Assembly: GCA_002633005.1 (NCBI GenBank)
Contig: NMRA01000228.1
Span: 53,881 to 117,880, forward strand
Length of the DNA stretch: 64,000 bases
Origin: Phoronis australis
Lineage: Eukaryota > Animalia > Phoronida
Direction: 5' to 3'
The notes beneath the pieces were generated by a model. That model did not search any database. It worked only from the letters and a program-made list of their open reading frames with translations, and had not been told where the DNA came from. Numbering within the stretch: the stretch's first letter is position 1; every line of letters begins with the position of its first letter. Positions 52,148 through 64,000 of the stretch are shown in pieces. A program made the position numbers and the translations under genes.

Positions 52148-52207
52148 CGTAAGACATTGCGTTTGATGCTGTCACAAGGGCACATACGAGGAGACATTTG
52201 ATCCAAT
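52148..52207 (-). CDS. Putative signal-peptide exon of the Ig-domain membrane protein (xWIKCLLVCALVTASNAMSY); ATG-containing exon not located
   Basis: Strong acceptor ttttcttctttcag| and donor |gtaagc; 60 nt, phase 1-1; hydrophobic core with an S-N-A cleavage-like site; joins in frame to 48444. Confidence 0.55.
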
Positions 52208-52579
52208 CTGAAAGAAGAAAATAGATAGCCGATGATAATGCCGTAGTGGGAATGTAGCCTACCGAAATTTTTAATAGGACTTGAATTTATAATTAGGTTT
52301 CGGTTGGCAGGACAATGTGAAGGTTCTACAGCGATAAAACCACAATACGCTTCGAGAATACTCAAACATATTAGCACACGAAATCACTGAATACTGAATA
52401 CAGGACCTGAGAACATTACTGGTGTATGTCTTCGATAGTCAGCAAAACACATTGTGGTAATCCCGAACTGTCTGTTTTTAAAGTCATACACGCGCAACTG
52501 AGAACAACATCTCACGAAGAACGCATATTTTGTTAACATTTTTGGGAACATAGTTGAATCCGGCTATATACCTCATTCT

Positions 52580-52746
52580 CGCAGTCGCCATTTTAAAAGT
52601 GAGCCTCTTTTTAGGTTTTAAAAACAATGCACTCTGCGCTTAATCAAAATGCAAAGCGTGATTTTTTTCGCGTGCCCCGTTATACTGTCTCAAATGCATT
52701 GTTTTTTAAACTTAAAAAGAGGCTCACTATTAAAATTGCGACTGCG
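52580..52746. repeat. Inverted repeat/mini-MITE (~55-bp arms)
   Basis: cgcagtcgccattttaaaagtgagcctcttttta / taaaaagaggctcactattaaaattgcgactgcg. Confidence 0.8.
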
Positions 52747-53567
52747 TAAATAAGATTTATGGTAAGCCTACAAAAAAAAAATAATAGAATAAACGGATTC
52801 CCCAGGCCTACTTTTTGGCAGGCTCTAGAGTGACGGCAATCGGTGGAGCGTCGACTGAGACCGGCTGAGGTACTTCGTATTTTGATATCATGTGTCAAGG
52901 ATTTGCATGTAGCGTTGTGTCAACGTAATTAAAAAGTTCTGTTCGCTAACTTATGAAGTAAAGTAGACTACAAGAGAGATAAAGTAGTTATAAAAATGAG
53001 TCTCTTAAACACACCAGTGCATATGATACGATGCATCATCGCCGACAAAAATCGCTTCGTGTCTTCTTCTTTCGATACGAACCTTTGTACAATCAATTTA
53101 CAAGGCAACCCAATATAAAAAATGAAAGGAGACACAATGTGCAATTCAAGTGTCAGGGATTAATAGTCAATTGATCCGTAAGGTATATGCGAAGGGCACC
53201 CTGGAGAAAAGGTATTCCAAGGTGTTTGGGCCCTCCCCATAACATATTCAGACTGAATTCGGGCTCATGTACGTTGTTTCAGTCTAGTGGTAGCATGTTA
53301 CGGAATTGGAACATCGGAAGCATTTGTTTGGGATTGTCTTGAAATAAAAAAATTGGCTTGCACATTATCATGAAAAGCGTGAGAAAATCGCAATAGTATA
53401 TGGTAGTATGTCAATTTCACCGTGTCCAAAAAAAGAACATTTTGATGATGTAGTAGTGTGGCGGGACAAACCTTCAATATAAAAATAGGTTATTTAAATT
53501 CGCTCTATAGTCCAACTACAGGGTGCGATTTTTTCCTTTTCAAAGCTCTTTTGATCTTTCAGACGCA

Positions 53568-54225
53568 GGGTGTTCCATCGAACCTGGAACTCCGGTGTAA
53601 AACAGATATTCCGGAGTCGAAACCAGAATCCTGCACCGCAGCTAACCAGCCCTAAAACACGAATCCTGACCTTTGAAACAGGAATCGCAGGCTTCTGACA
53701 GGAAATCCGGGACCGAAACACCACTTCTGCGCTTTATGTCTATGTAGATTTTGTACAATGATTGGAAGGAACTTGTGGAGATATCAGTAATGTTGCTCTT
53801 TTGCCAAGTATTCTGGTGCCAATCGAGTTCTGGCCGTTCAACCTAGGACATGTTTTATACCCTCAAACTAGGTCAAATGAAGAGCTAAGTTTTGTTTTAT
53901 AAATTGAAACAAGACAGCGTTTTTTATTAAAAATTTGTCATACAGATTACTGGCAACAAATGAAGAAAAATTTCGAAATCCGGTCACTTCGTAATCCCAG
54001 TAGTCTCGAAGGATTTAATTAATTGACATCTAGTGTTTATTTTTCGTACCAGTTTCAACAGTCTACGAAAATTTGTCCGGGTTTCCAGTCCCATCCCCGG
54101 GATTCCTGTTTCAAAGGCTAGGGTTCGTGTTTTTAGGAGTGGTCAGCTGCTTTGAATGTGCTGGAGTCAGTTTTCGACGCCGGGATATCTATTTACACCG
54201 GGGTTCCTGTTTCGATGGAACAACC
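53568..54225. mobile_element. MITE with ~130-bp imperfect TIRs (Harbinger-like termini)
   Basis: ggtgttccatcgaa...cctttgaaacaggaatc mirrored by gattcctgtttcaaagg...ttcgatggaacaacc. Confidence 0.8.
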
Positions 54226-57200
54226 TGAGACATAACGATGAGAAATCTACAAACCAAAACCAAGGTACAGATAGCCAATGCAAAATTAATATTGTACCAG
54301 TCCAAATGCTGCACTAATGAGCATCCGTCATGTATGATACGTTTGGTACCAAACAAGGCCACACTACTGAGACTTTTTAGAGTTAACTGTTATTTTGTTT
54401 TATTTTTTCTAGCATTCTTAACACTGATAGCTACATCCTGGCTATTAGATATCCTTAAAAAGCTAGTGCAAGGTTACATCGTTAAATTCAAACTGGGATA
54501 AACCAAGTTAATTAGCTTGGTCATAGCGGATCAGGGGGTCCGCCCCCCTCCCGTTTCCTTTGGTTTTACTGATATCAAATCTAGAATTTTCAAGTTGTTG
54601 ACTTGGATGTCCCTTTTTTAAAAAATCCATGATCCGACTCCCCCACCCTTTTAAAAAATTCTGGATCCGCCCGTGGAGTTAAAGAAATTGGGCAGAGGTT
54701 CGTTCCTATCTCTGTCAGGATTACGGTAAAAATTCGCTCTGTAGTATATCTGATTACTGCTGCTCTGCCCAGGCTTTTGCTGAGGTCGGAGAATAACGTT
54801 GCACCACCTAGCACCCAATATTACGCCAACTTAGCTGACGTCCTCTAGTCGTAGCTATGTCAACGCACGTTGCTGCTGCTCCCACTCAACTCTAGCTAAT
54901 GGGCATGTCGATGGTACAGTCATGAGCTATCGATTTATTCGGAGATTGGAATGGAGTCGCCAAAGGTGATCATAGAAAATTGTTACGCTCACAGAAGTCT
55001 TGTTTTTGGCTTGAAAAGCGTAGTATTGGGATATTCGCAATACAAAGTCATTCAGTTTAAAGAGTTCCCACCATGCATTTTCTTACTTTTTCAGGTTTCA
55101 GTTAGCTAATATGAATCGAATGCCATAAAATCTTGCTAAATAGGCACTTTTATGCCAAATATTGGCAACTTCTTTAATTTTGAAGAAAAATTACTTATTT
55201 CTAAGTTTCCCGCCAAATGATGCAATGGGTGGAAGATGGTTGGCCGCTTGACAATCATTTGCATTGTCGGAACACTGCAGGTCAGAAGACAATGACAATA
55301 TTAGGCGAGAATTGGACAATTATTATGCAGTCCGACAGGAGAGTGGATACGGGCACTTATACTCANACGGTAAAAATTCGCTCTGTAGTATATCTGATTA
55401 CTGCTGCTCTGCCCAGGCTTTTGCTGAGGTCGGAGAATAACGTTGCACCACCTAGCACCCAATATTACGCCAACTTAGCTGACGTCCTCTAGTCGTAGCT
55501 ATGTCAACGCACGTTGCCGCTGCTCCCACTCAACTCTAGCTAATGGGCATGTCGATGGTACAGTCATGAGCTATCGATTTATTCGGAGATTGGAATGGAG
55601 TCGCCAAAGGTGATCATAGAAAATTGTTACGCTCACAGAAGTCTTGTTTTTGGCTTGAAAAGTGTAGTATTGGGATATTCGCAATACAAAGTCATTCAGT
55701 TTAACAAGACTTTTCTCCCATTGGGGTCTCTATAAGAACGAAAGTAACGTAAATCTGGCCAACAGAAGTTGCAATTAAAATAGATAATACATAGGCGGAT
55801 TTAGGGGGAGGGAGGGGCAGGGGGCACGAGACCCCCCAATTTCAAGTGTTAAAGTCGGAACACGGCGCAATCGTAACGGAACTATGGCTAAGTATAGGCT
55901 CTCCCGCGATATCCCAGGCGACCGGCAGTGGCGCTGCACACCACGACTCCGTTTCCGTCGTCTGCTCCACAGTGCAATGAAGAACATTACTTCATTTTTT
56001 AAAGAAAGTGGAAGCTGAGTGGCGATGAAAAAACAGAAGCTGCTGGTAAGATGTGAATTTTAATCGAAGCCTTAGTGAATCACTCAGAAACTCATAATTC
56101 TCTCTTTTGTCAAACCTTAACTTAAGACGATTTCCAAAGGCGTCATTAATGTCAACACGAAAAACGGATTTGGTCTTTTGGGCAATTGAAGACTATTTTA
56201 AACACAACAAATTTGTTACGAACCGATTGCAAAAAAATTAAAAGGTGTAATAAGCATTACAAAAATAAGTAGGTTTCGCGCGCAAACGCTGTGGACAATA
56301 AGCAAGTAGTTCTTTTCATCAGTAGTAAAGCGTTAAATCGTGGTGATGTAGTGGTAAAGCACGCGCGCTCAATCCGCCAGGTTTCAGTAACGTTTGGTGG
56401 ACTGCATAATATTTTCTTGGTTCAGAAACCAAACATCTCCAAAAAGAACCAGCTTAAGTCCACAATTTATGTTAACCAGTAGTGCTTTCATTGTCAATGA
56501 CGTCAGATTCACGGTAAAATACTCTGTTCTAAAGGACCCTAAAAAGATACTAGAACCCATTTTGATTCAACCAATCCTCTTTCTGTCACCTAGTGCTAAT
56601 GGATCATTGGCGTCAAAGTTGAAAGGTAAAAGCAGGAATGAAAAAAAACTCATGTCACCTATTTCACAAATTGAACCCGCGACGGAACAACTGAGGTAGC
56701 AGTTTCCCACACGGTTGCCGTGTAATTATCTAAAAGCCGCGGCGTAGGTCACGCGTGCCCGTTTAGATGAGACCTTGAAAGGAGTCTTCAAATTTTCCTT
56801 CAAACTTCAGTTGAGGTTGTCGAGGGTTGCAGAGCATTAATTCGTTTTAGAGAACTGGACGACTAAAGTCGTTTTTAGTCTGTTAGAAATTATGGTATCC
56901 GATGGAAAGCAAAGCGGAACATTTTCAGGACACAAATGTTTTATGTAAAATTTAAAATTCTCTGCAGGACCGGCAAAAATATATCCAAAACCAAAACTTC
57001 TCGCCCCAGGAACTATAAGTCATTACGTCAGGACCCGAAAATTAATGTCAGGGCAGAATTTTTTCAGCCGCTCTTCAGCTTGGCGCGCTTTCGCAGTTAC
57101 ATTACGGGGTTGACTCGGAGTTCATTAGCTGTCTCGCGCCGAGAAAGTAGCCAAAATCATGTGTTCTCACACGGCAACATCAAAGTAATCTCGCGAAGTC

Positions 57201-57899
57201 TTGTTTTTAGCGAGGTCCTAGCGTTACTGAACTCTACCCGGGTCTTCTTTCGCGCCTAGGCCTATCAGCGCTGTTCAGTCATGTGAGGTACTCGTCATGT
57301 ANGTTGGGTACACAACAACAAATTGGAATGTACACCACCAGAAACACAAACACCCTTTGAGGATGAAGGAAAATATATGCAAGAGTACTTCGCCAGTTAC
57401 TAACCTATTCGGCTATGGAATGTTTACAAAGTGGAGCACCTTTCGATTCAGTTGGGCAAAATGGAGCACTTCGTAATCGTAATTCCAGAAACTGAAGAGC
57501 ACGGAAATTTTCTTGAAACATTCAAGGCACTGTGATCAATTTTATCCACTTTAATTGCGCAGATATTCACAATCAATATAAATGCTATACTTCTGCGTCA
57601 TCAAGTTTAAAGGAAACTCCGCCAATATATAAGAAAGAGACTGAAATTCTTCACGTTATAACGGTTATTTGAAGTAGCCATCAAATTTCCACTTCTCGCA
57701 AGATTTGGGCCAATCACATGAAGGTGCTGAAGATGGTGCTCGACTCCAGTACGGTACACTTTTATAACTCAATAACGACACAGTATGAAACACTAATTAA
57801 AAATACTAAACATTAAATGTATATATTATAGATAAATTTACTGTTATTAGTACTTTGAGTTCCTCTGACAACTGAATATGTTGCAACAGAAGTCTTGAT

Positions 57900-59664
57900 A
57901 TTGAGAGTGCCAGTGTAATTTCCGTTCAAAATAGCGGACAGTGAACCCCCGGAGAAAGTAAGAAGAGGACCTTATGGAAAGTACAAAGTAAACTCATCGA
58001 GTGCTGTACCGAGGCAAACTGCGTGGAGATGGAAATGTAAGAATAGTGCAAAAGCAGCTGAAGGGACGAGCGAAACACACCACGACTCTATCGACCCAGC
58101 TTGCGGGTCGGACCTTGCTGACAGCTGACGAGGCCAATAATGTCAATGACGAGCCGATCTTTGATGAAACGTGCGAACCTGAGGCGAACAGTGCCGACTC
58201 AGAAAATCAAATGATATTTAGTGGAACTCGGATCACGCTTGCTGTCAGCCATCTCCTGTTACTAAGCTTTGTTATGCGACACGGGCTGTCTCATGAAGCG
58301 CTTGGTGACCAGCTAACATTGATCGAGTTACATCTAGTTGTACCGAATACCTTTAATACTTCAAAACAGGCATTTCATAAATTCTTTGAGAGCTTGAAGA
58401 AGCATGTGCGAAATTTTTTTTATTGTTCGCACTGCCACCACTTGAATGGGGAGGATAATAATGGCCACTGCACGATAACGGCTTGTGGTAAGAAGTTACC
58501 AAAAGACTCGAGTATGGCGGAGTATATCTATCTCTCAAGGACCAGCTTCAAGAAAAAATCATTAGTAAGTACTTAATTTCAATTTGTGTGGAATACATCA
58601 TGAAGATCAGAAGACTACCAAACTTATTAGAAAGCAAAACTAGTAATGTCTATGAGACCGTTTCACTGCACCTTTCTAATCACGAACAAACACCCCTTCA
58701 ACATATGCTAACTTTAGTGCCTGTTACACTTAGAGGGAGAGTCACAATAGTAGAGCACATTAAAGCTGTCTTTTCAAGTTGTTTATGTCATCATGCACTG
58801 CTAATAATTTAAAACAACTATGTCAGCTCTAGAACAATTCTGCAAAATGACTTAAGCTGTGGATTCCACAAAATGCACAATTGTTATGAAGTGTTCTTGT
58901 TTTTTGTATACTTTTTGTATTAGACTGCCATTGTTAATTGCGACTTAAAAATGGATGTGCTGTATTGTTGAAAAGGAGTTTACAAATAATTGTTCTTTTG
59001 TTGCCTTCACTATGTAATGTATAGATATTGTCAACTTATCTGCTTGGTTTCTGTAAATAAATAATGATTAACATAAACATACATGTATGGCATTTGTATG
59101 TATCGTACTTAAAACAGTTGATGACACAACATTAATTAATTAAGGTCAATGGGCAGATAATGTATTTTTGCATGTTGAGGACAAAGTAAGGCAAGGAATT
59201 AGAGTTTCATCCCTGACATTATGTGTTGGGGTTGATTTTCTATTTCGTTATGCTTACTGCTAGCACGTTACATTGTTATTAATTATCAGTCACTTCTGTT
59301 TTGAGATATAATTAAGTCCTCTGCTTGTGGATTGGATCACATGTAAAATATTTGAAGAGATTTCAGTCATCATTCAGTCACATCTAGAAAGTTTAAGATA
59401 ATTCAGTCATTAATCAGTCCTATGTTCAGTGATCCAAAGAGATTTCAGTCATCATTCAGTCACACTTTGAAAGTTTAAAGACAATTCAGTCAATGTTCAG
59501 TCACATCTAATGCATTCTAAGACTATTCAGCCATAATTCAGTCACACCACCTGTGTTAGACATTTGTTCAGTCACAGGTTGGTCATGACTGAATTGGTCA
59601 GTCACTTATCAGTCACAAATCAGTCATGACTGAACGATCAGTCATGACTGACTGTGGGTAAGGG
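57900..59664 (+). mobile_element. EnSpm/CACTA-like transposon relic: truncated transposase N-terminus (58001-58576) and right end with TCAGTCA subterminal repeats
   Basis: LLLLSFVMRHGLSHEALGDQLTLIELH...FFYCSHC..C..C fits animal CACTA transposase N-termini; roughly 20 TCAGTCA/TGACTGA units; terminus GTAAGGG. Confidence 0.7.
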
Positions 59665-59685
59665 NCAGCTCTCTAATTGTCTTTA

Positions 59686-59958
59686 GGGCCTTTCATACTA
59701 ACGCTTATATTTTACTCTAATAATCACCAATTGATTTAAAAATAAGCTTGATGTCAATTAGCACATGTAAATGTTCCCAAATTGTTACTTTTAAAAAAAT
59801 CTTAGCGTGCAGCGCTACCTTGCGATAACTTCAATGACGACAGCGTCACCATTTACTTTGATGTTCATTAACTATGGAAGCCAGTATGAACGGTCCAGTT
59901 AACTTCACTGTGTACGTCGACGCGCTCAGGCTGGAGTTAAGTCAGTATGAGAGGGCTA
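59686..59958. mobile_element. Internally deleted copy of the MITE at 28811-29314
   Basis: Same left TIR and shared tcttagcgtgcagcgctaccttgcgataacttc block. Confidence 0.8.
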
Positions 59959-60279
59959 TTTGTTCATCTGATCAGCTCACGTAATCTAGCAGTTGTGTTG
60001 TAATTAGCTCGCATGACGCTAACCAACATTAACTATTTCCCAACGATATTCAACAAATGTTGTGAAGATGTGTTTTTTGACATACTATCATCAAAAAATT
60101 TCAAACAGAGAAATTAGACTAACTTTCAACTGCTGATTCCTTTGTGTGATTTGTCGCTCTGACAGCTCACTACCACAGCCTTGTGTACCAACACAATAGG
60201 CTCGTTTAATCAAGTTTAATCGAGCGTGATTCTAGATCAGATCCTTATGTTGGAATTATATTTCTTGGTTTTATCAGTG

Positions 60280-62230
60280 AATGGTACATAATCAGACTTG
60301 CAAACCCATTTGCTGGCAACAACTGGCTGATACATTCATAATGGTCTCGACATAATTAGTTGAATTTGTGGGGCAATCCTAGACTATAGCCATTGAATGG
60401 TTTACGTTTCAGTCCCATATGGAAACCAAGTCCGTCCATTTTTTATTTGGGTTGGTCCTTGTGTTAGGAATCCGCGCGGTTCACTGGTAAATGTTGTAGT
60501 TGGACAATTGCTTCTCTATATCAACCACCGTGGCTGTCCACCCTTGATATCTCAAAAGTTTTTTTCTAAGGTCCTATTGTGTGGATAGAGCAATTGTCGC
60601 ATTAGTGATATATGGCAGGGCAATGAAATACTGGCTGAATTAAATTGAAATGTCAAGGACAGAAACTGGTAATTTTTTCAACACGTACGACTTCTGAATT
60701 TGAATTTGGTGTGTAAAGTTAGTGTTGAATCCTTCTTTCGCGAAAGAAATACGATGGAAAAATTAGCCTAGGCTGTGGTGGGTTTTTACTTCTTGTCAGC
60801 TGTTTTGAGTCGATGTGTGTTTACATTAATGTATTCATTCTGTATGGTAGATAATTGACATTAGCCTCGTGACTTTGGACAACAGAACGAGTCTGGGGCT
60901 TAACAAAAAAAAGATTGATCAGTATCAGGCCTCTGAAAACTGGGTGTTGTCTGGAATAGGGACCTAAACAGGAGTAAGTTGTAATGACAAGGAATTTTAA
61001 AAAAGTTCTTAGGAATCTACCTTGATGACAGGCTATATTGATGACCCCTTTGGAACACATTCACATGAAGGCATACCGATACCTTTTGATTCCTGTCACT
61101 TCCTTAACTCCACCTTTTCAGTGGGAGACTTTTAGGGTATAATGAGATCTGATCACAAGATCTGGAATCCGGTCGCTGCATATTTATTACCGCGCTGTCC
61201 TGATAACGTAAGCTGCTAGTTTAACGTCCTAAATAACCCTGATGGCTCAGTCGTGGTTACAGACGGGCCGGGGAGGATCCTTACTGACCAGGAGCTGCCT
61301 AATTTATAGCGGGCGGAACCTCCCAATGAAACTGAATAGTCTCTCCCACTGCCACTCGCGACGCATGGCCCTCTCAGATTACGGCCATAAAGAGAGGTTA
61401 TAACACGATCGCCGAAAGCCGCTACTTCTCGATGCATTTCTGCCGGGGGGCAGCTCACGCCCTTTTAAAGATTGTCAGCTGGCCGGTGGGAGTGTAGCTT
61501 CTCCTACGCCCTTCGCCGTTGAAGTATGGTATATAACTTTCTTCCGCCGTTGATTACTGACATCCAACACTATTTAACCCATAGCTGGGGGTTAGAATGG
61601 TGAGTGCCAGAGCATGTCCAATCGCCGGTGGGTCATGCACACTGCACCTTTAGGGCTCCAACCTGCTCCAAGATCCTCTATGCAATTAGCCTGGAGCCAC
61701 AAGGGTATCCAGTTTATGTGTGTTACCACGGAGAGGTAAAACATAGAAGTCTTGGTGAGTAAGAGGCTGTGTACTGGCAGGGAAGGCTGACGCACTCTGC
61801 TTCCTTTTCACTTGTGCTAGCCAGCGGCACTTTACAGAGTGCAAGGTGCACAAAAGCGGATATACAAACGAAAGTGCACTAGACGCGTCCCATCACTCTG
61901 TGCTTTACAAAACCAATACACAAGAGATGGGCAATAAAGCGCCTCATAGAGCGAGAATGGCAATACGGAGATGCAGCAAAAACTCGTATCAGGGGAAAAG
62001 ATCAAAGAGTGTGTAACCAGCACGAACTTGGATGCATCTCCAAATTTACATTGTGTGCGATACTGGAAGGAAGAGGGCCAGAGACTATCCCGGTGCCTAC
62101 CCTCTGACGTCACCACAGAAACAGAAACGGATCATAAGAGACCAATGGGTCTTATCAAGCCCCTGGCCCATGACAGACCCTCCGCTATTCAAATTTCACT
62201 GGGTTATTTGGGTGTGCATTATTCAGATTA
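60280..62230 (-). mobile_element. Highly degenerate tyrosine-recombinase retrotransposon (DIRS/Ngaro-like)
   Basis: Minus-strand fragments NCP...QGP...NGRTWF, GL....FNGYSL (cf. GHSFRIG) and MG.KSD (cf. GRWKSD); compact ATTGG-CCGCCC-TATAAA promoter at 61329-61303. Confidence 0.45.
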
Positions 62231-63250
62231 CTCTCTGATAAGGGGTGGTGCACACAAGTCAAGTCCTTTATTTTGTTACTCAGGCATTTTATTACACAAT
62301 AGAAGTTGGGACATCTTAACAACTAGACAATGGTTTCAGTGGGCGTTATATCTCTTTTCTTCTGTTGTAGTGAACTTTTTTGCTATTTAAACAATGAAAA
62401 AGGCCAATTTTCAATGACAGTTTTTATACAAAAGAATCCTATATTGACCCTCTAAATGTCTAGGATTGGGCAACTGGACCAGTTTGCTCACCACAAAATT
62501 TAATTGCCAGTTCAGGTCAAAGACATCACGCTGTTGTGGTTTCAATATCAAAATCGCCTCAGGCTGCTGATGTTATTTTCTTGATTATGAGACCATCATA
62601 AACACATTAGGGGCAACAATAGTATTTTTAAATTTTCATTTTTAAAGTTTGTAAATACGGTAGCATATTTGAATAGTCTGTGAAAAGTACATGTGATTAG
62701 CTTTTTGAATTTTGAAAACTGGACAAGGAATGTGACTTTTACAGCCTAAAAATTTGTTTAACGTTGCAATAATATGTTCTCATTAATTCTGCTGGGTGTG
62801 CAACATAATTAGGCCAATTACCAAACCAGCAGGCAGCAGTTGGATTTTGAGGTAAGCCAAGTGTCATCCTGGCATGGAGAAAGAGAATGATGTAGGGTAT
62901 ATAATGTAGTCAGGAGGTACTTCTTCACAGTGGATGGTCCTGTTTACACTATAAAAGTGGACAGGGATCAGCTGACATAGAACAGTTAGCTACAGATGAT
63001 GGGGTGCAAGTATATGTGTATAAACAGAACTGACCTGGAGCAAACTATCATCTTGGTGACATATTTTCTCACCCGTTTGAAAGGTCTAGCAAGTTGCACC
63101 CAATCATCTTGCTTGGTGTCAACTATACCTCTAAATGCAAGACTGGGGCAAGGGATGATCTCTATTGTGCTTTCCCAAAAACAAACATATACTGGTGATC
63201 ATTGTCACAAACTTTCTACGATTGACGAGTCAGGTGTTCAATGCCTTGTT

Positions 63251-64000
63251 TACTTGGCGGAATTCCGTCAAGTATGTTGGTCTGACAGCAAGTTTTTACT
63301 TGGCGAAATAAATTTCGCCAAGTATATTGCTCTGACACTAAGTTTTTTTTTTTTTACTTGGCGGAATTCTTCGAATTCCGTCAAGTATGTTGCTCTGACA
63401 GCAAGTTTTTTTTTTTTTTTGTTTGGTCGCTCTCTACAGGTCGCAATTCTGGTCCGATTTTCACGAAATTTGCACACAACATGTAGATTGGGAATCACTG
63501 GAACGCTATTGTTTTTGGTCATGATCGGATACAAAATGGCGGACGTGGCGGCCATTTTGTATCCAATTTCACAGTCAAATACTCGTAGAGGCCGCATTTT
63601 TCGACCTACATGGCTGAAAATCAGTACAAATATACTACAACGCATGTTCTACAATGGTGCAGAAAATCGTTGACTTCCGGTTAAAGATGGCGGAAATATT
63701 GGACGTGGCGCATGCGCACCCCGAAATATGGCTAAAAACGTTTTCTCCTGTAGAGGGCGCAATTGCAAACCAGTCACTTTCAAACTGGTCACGTGTTTGT
63801 TGAGTTTAATAAGCTTTTATAAAAAATTATTGAACCGGAAGTCACCATCAAGATGGCGGCTGTGGGGCATGTTCACACGGTTTCAATCGCTCTGCTGTCG
63901 CATTTTTTATGGGAAGAGCAAATGACGTGAATTTTTGCATGTGGATTCCTTGAAGTATGGCCTTTCAAAAAGTCTGCGAGAGCCTATTTCTCAGACTTAC
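63251..64000 (-). mobile_element. HINE-like element with three stacked terminal hairpins; related terminus at 45570-45615 (+)
   Basis: TACTTGGCG..CG(C/T)CAAGTA stem-loops followed by ttgctctgaca and poly-T; internal AAAATGGCGG and GAAATTTG motifs. Confidence 0.6.

Noticed and set aside
54723-55704. 338-bp near-identical direct repeat (54723-55060 and 55367-55704)
   Set aside because: The second copy starts immediately after a single N (55366) and differs at about 2 sites, so it is most likely overlapping allelic contig ends rather than a real duplication or LTR pair
61014-61050. IYLDD / GYIDD RT-like motifs on the plus strand
   Set aside because: No surrounding RT motifs in frame, and on the opposite strand to the YR fragments; may be chance
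63251-63420. CRISPR-like palindromic repeat series
   Set aside because: Eukaryotic context, no unique spacers and no cas genes; explained as transposon termini
62996-63673. 225-aa ORF and the antisense 125-aa ORF
   Set aside because: They run through hairpin and poly-T repeat termini and non-coding repeat monomers, with no domain signature

Overview
AT-rich, intron-rich animal (probably bilaterian invertebrate) genomic scaffold with one 279-N gap (9355-9633) and four single-N joins. I reconstructed three host genes by hand from splice sites and reading phase. (1) Mitochondrial uncoupling protein 4 (UCP4/SLC25A27) on the minus strand: 8 coding exons from 19755 down to 186, with the 3' end outside the window. 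(2) A complete 5-exon GRB2/Drk adaptor (SH3-SH2-SH3, 229 aa) on the plus strand at 20228-34485, head-to-head with UCP4 across 472 bp that contain a CTCF-like motif. (3) An unrecognised minus-strand gene at about 52207-43247. Its phase-1 exons join in frame as signal peptide, two Ig-like domains, a TM helix and a ~510-aa cytoplasmic tail. The tail contains a segment resembling the dynein heavy-chain stalk/microtubule-binding domain, and this architecture is the best candidate for something undescribed. The rest is a dense mix of transposon relics: BEL/Pao, Kolobok (THAP plus P2X7-ballast-like), EnSpm/CACTA, DIRS/Ngaro, LINEs and many MITEs. It also includes Helentron-like elements built from ~150-bp monomers that each carry a CTCF-like motif. 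All family assignments come from motif recognition by eye; no database search was run.
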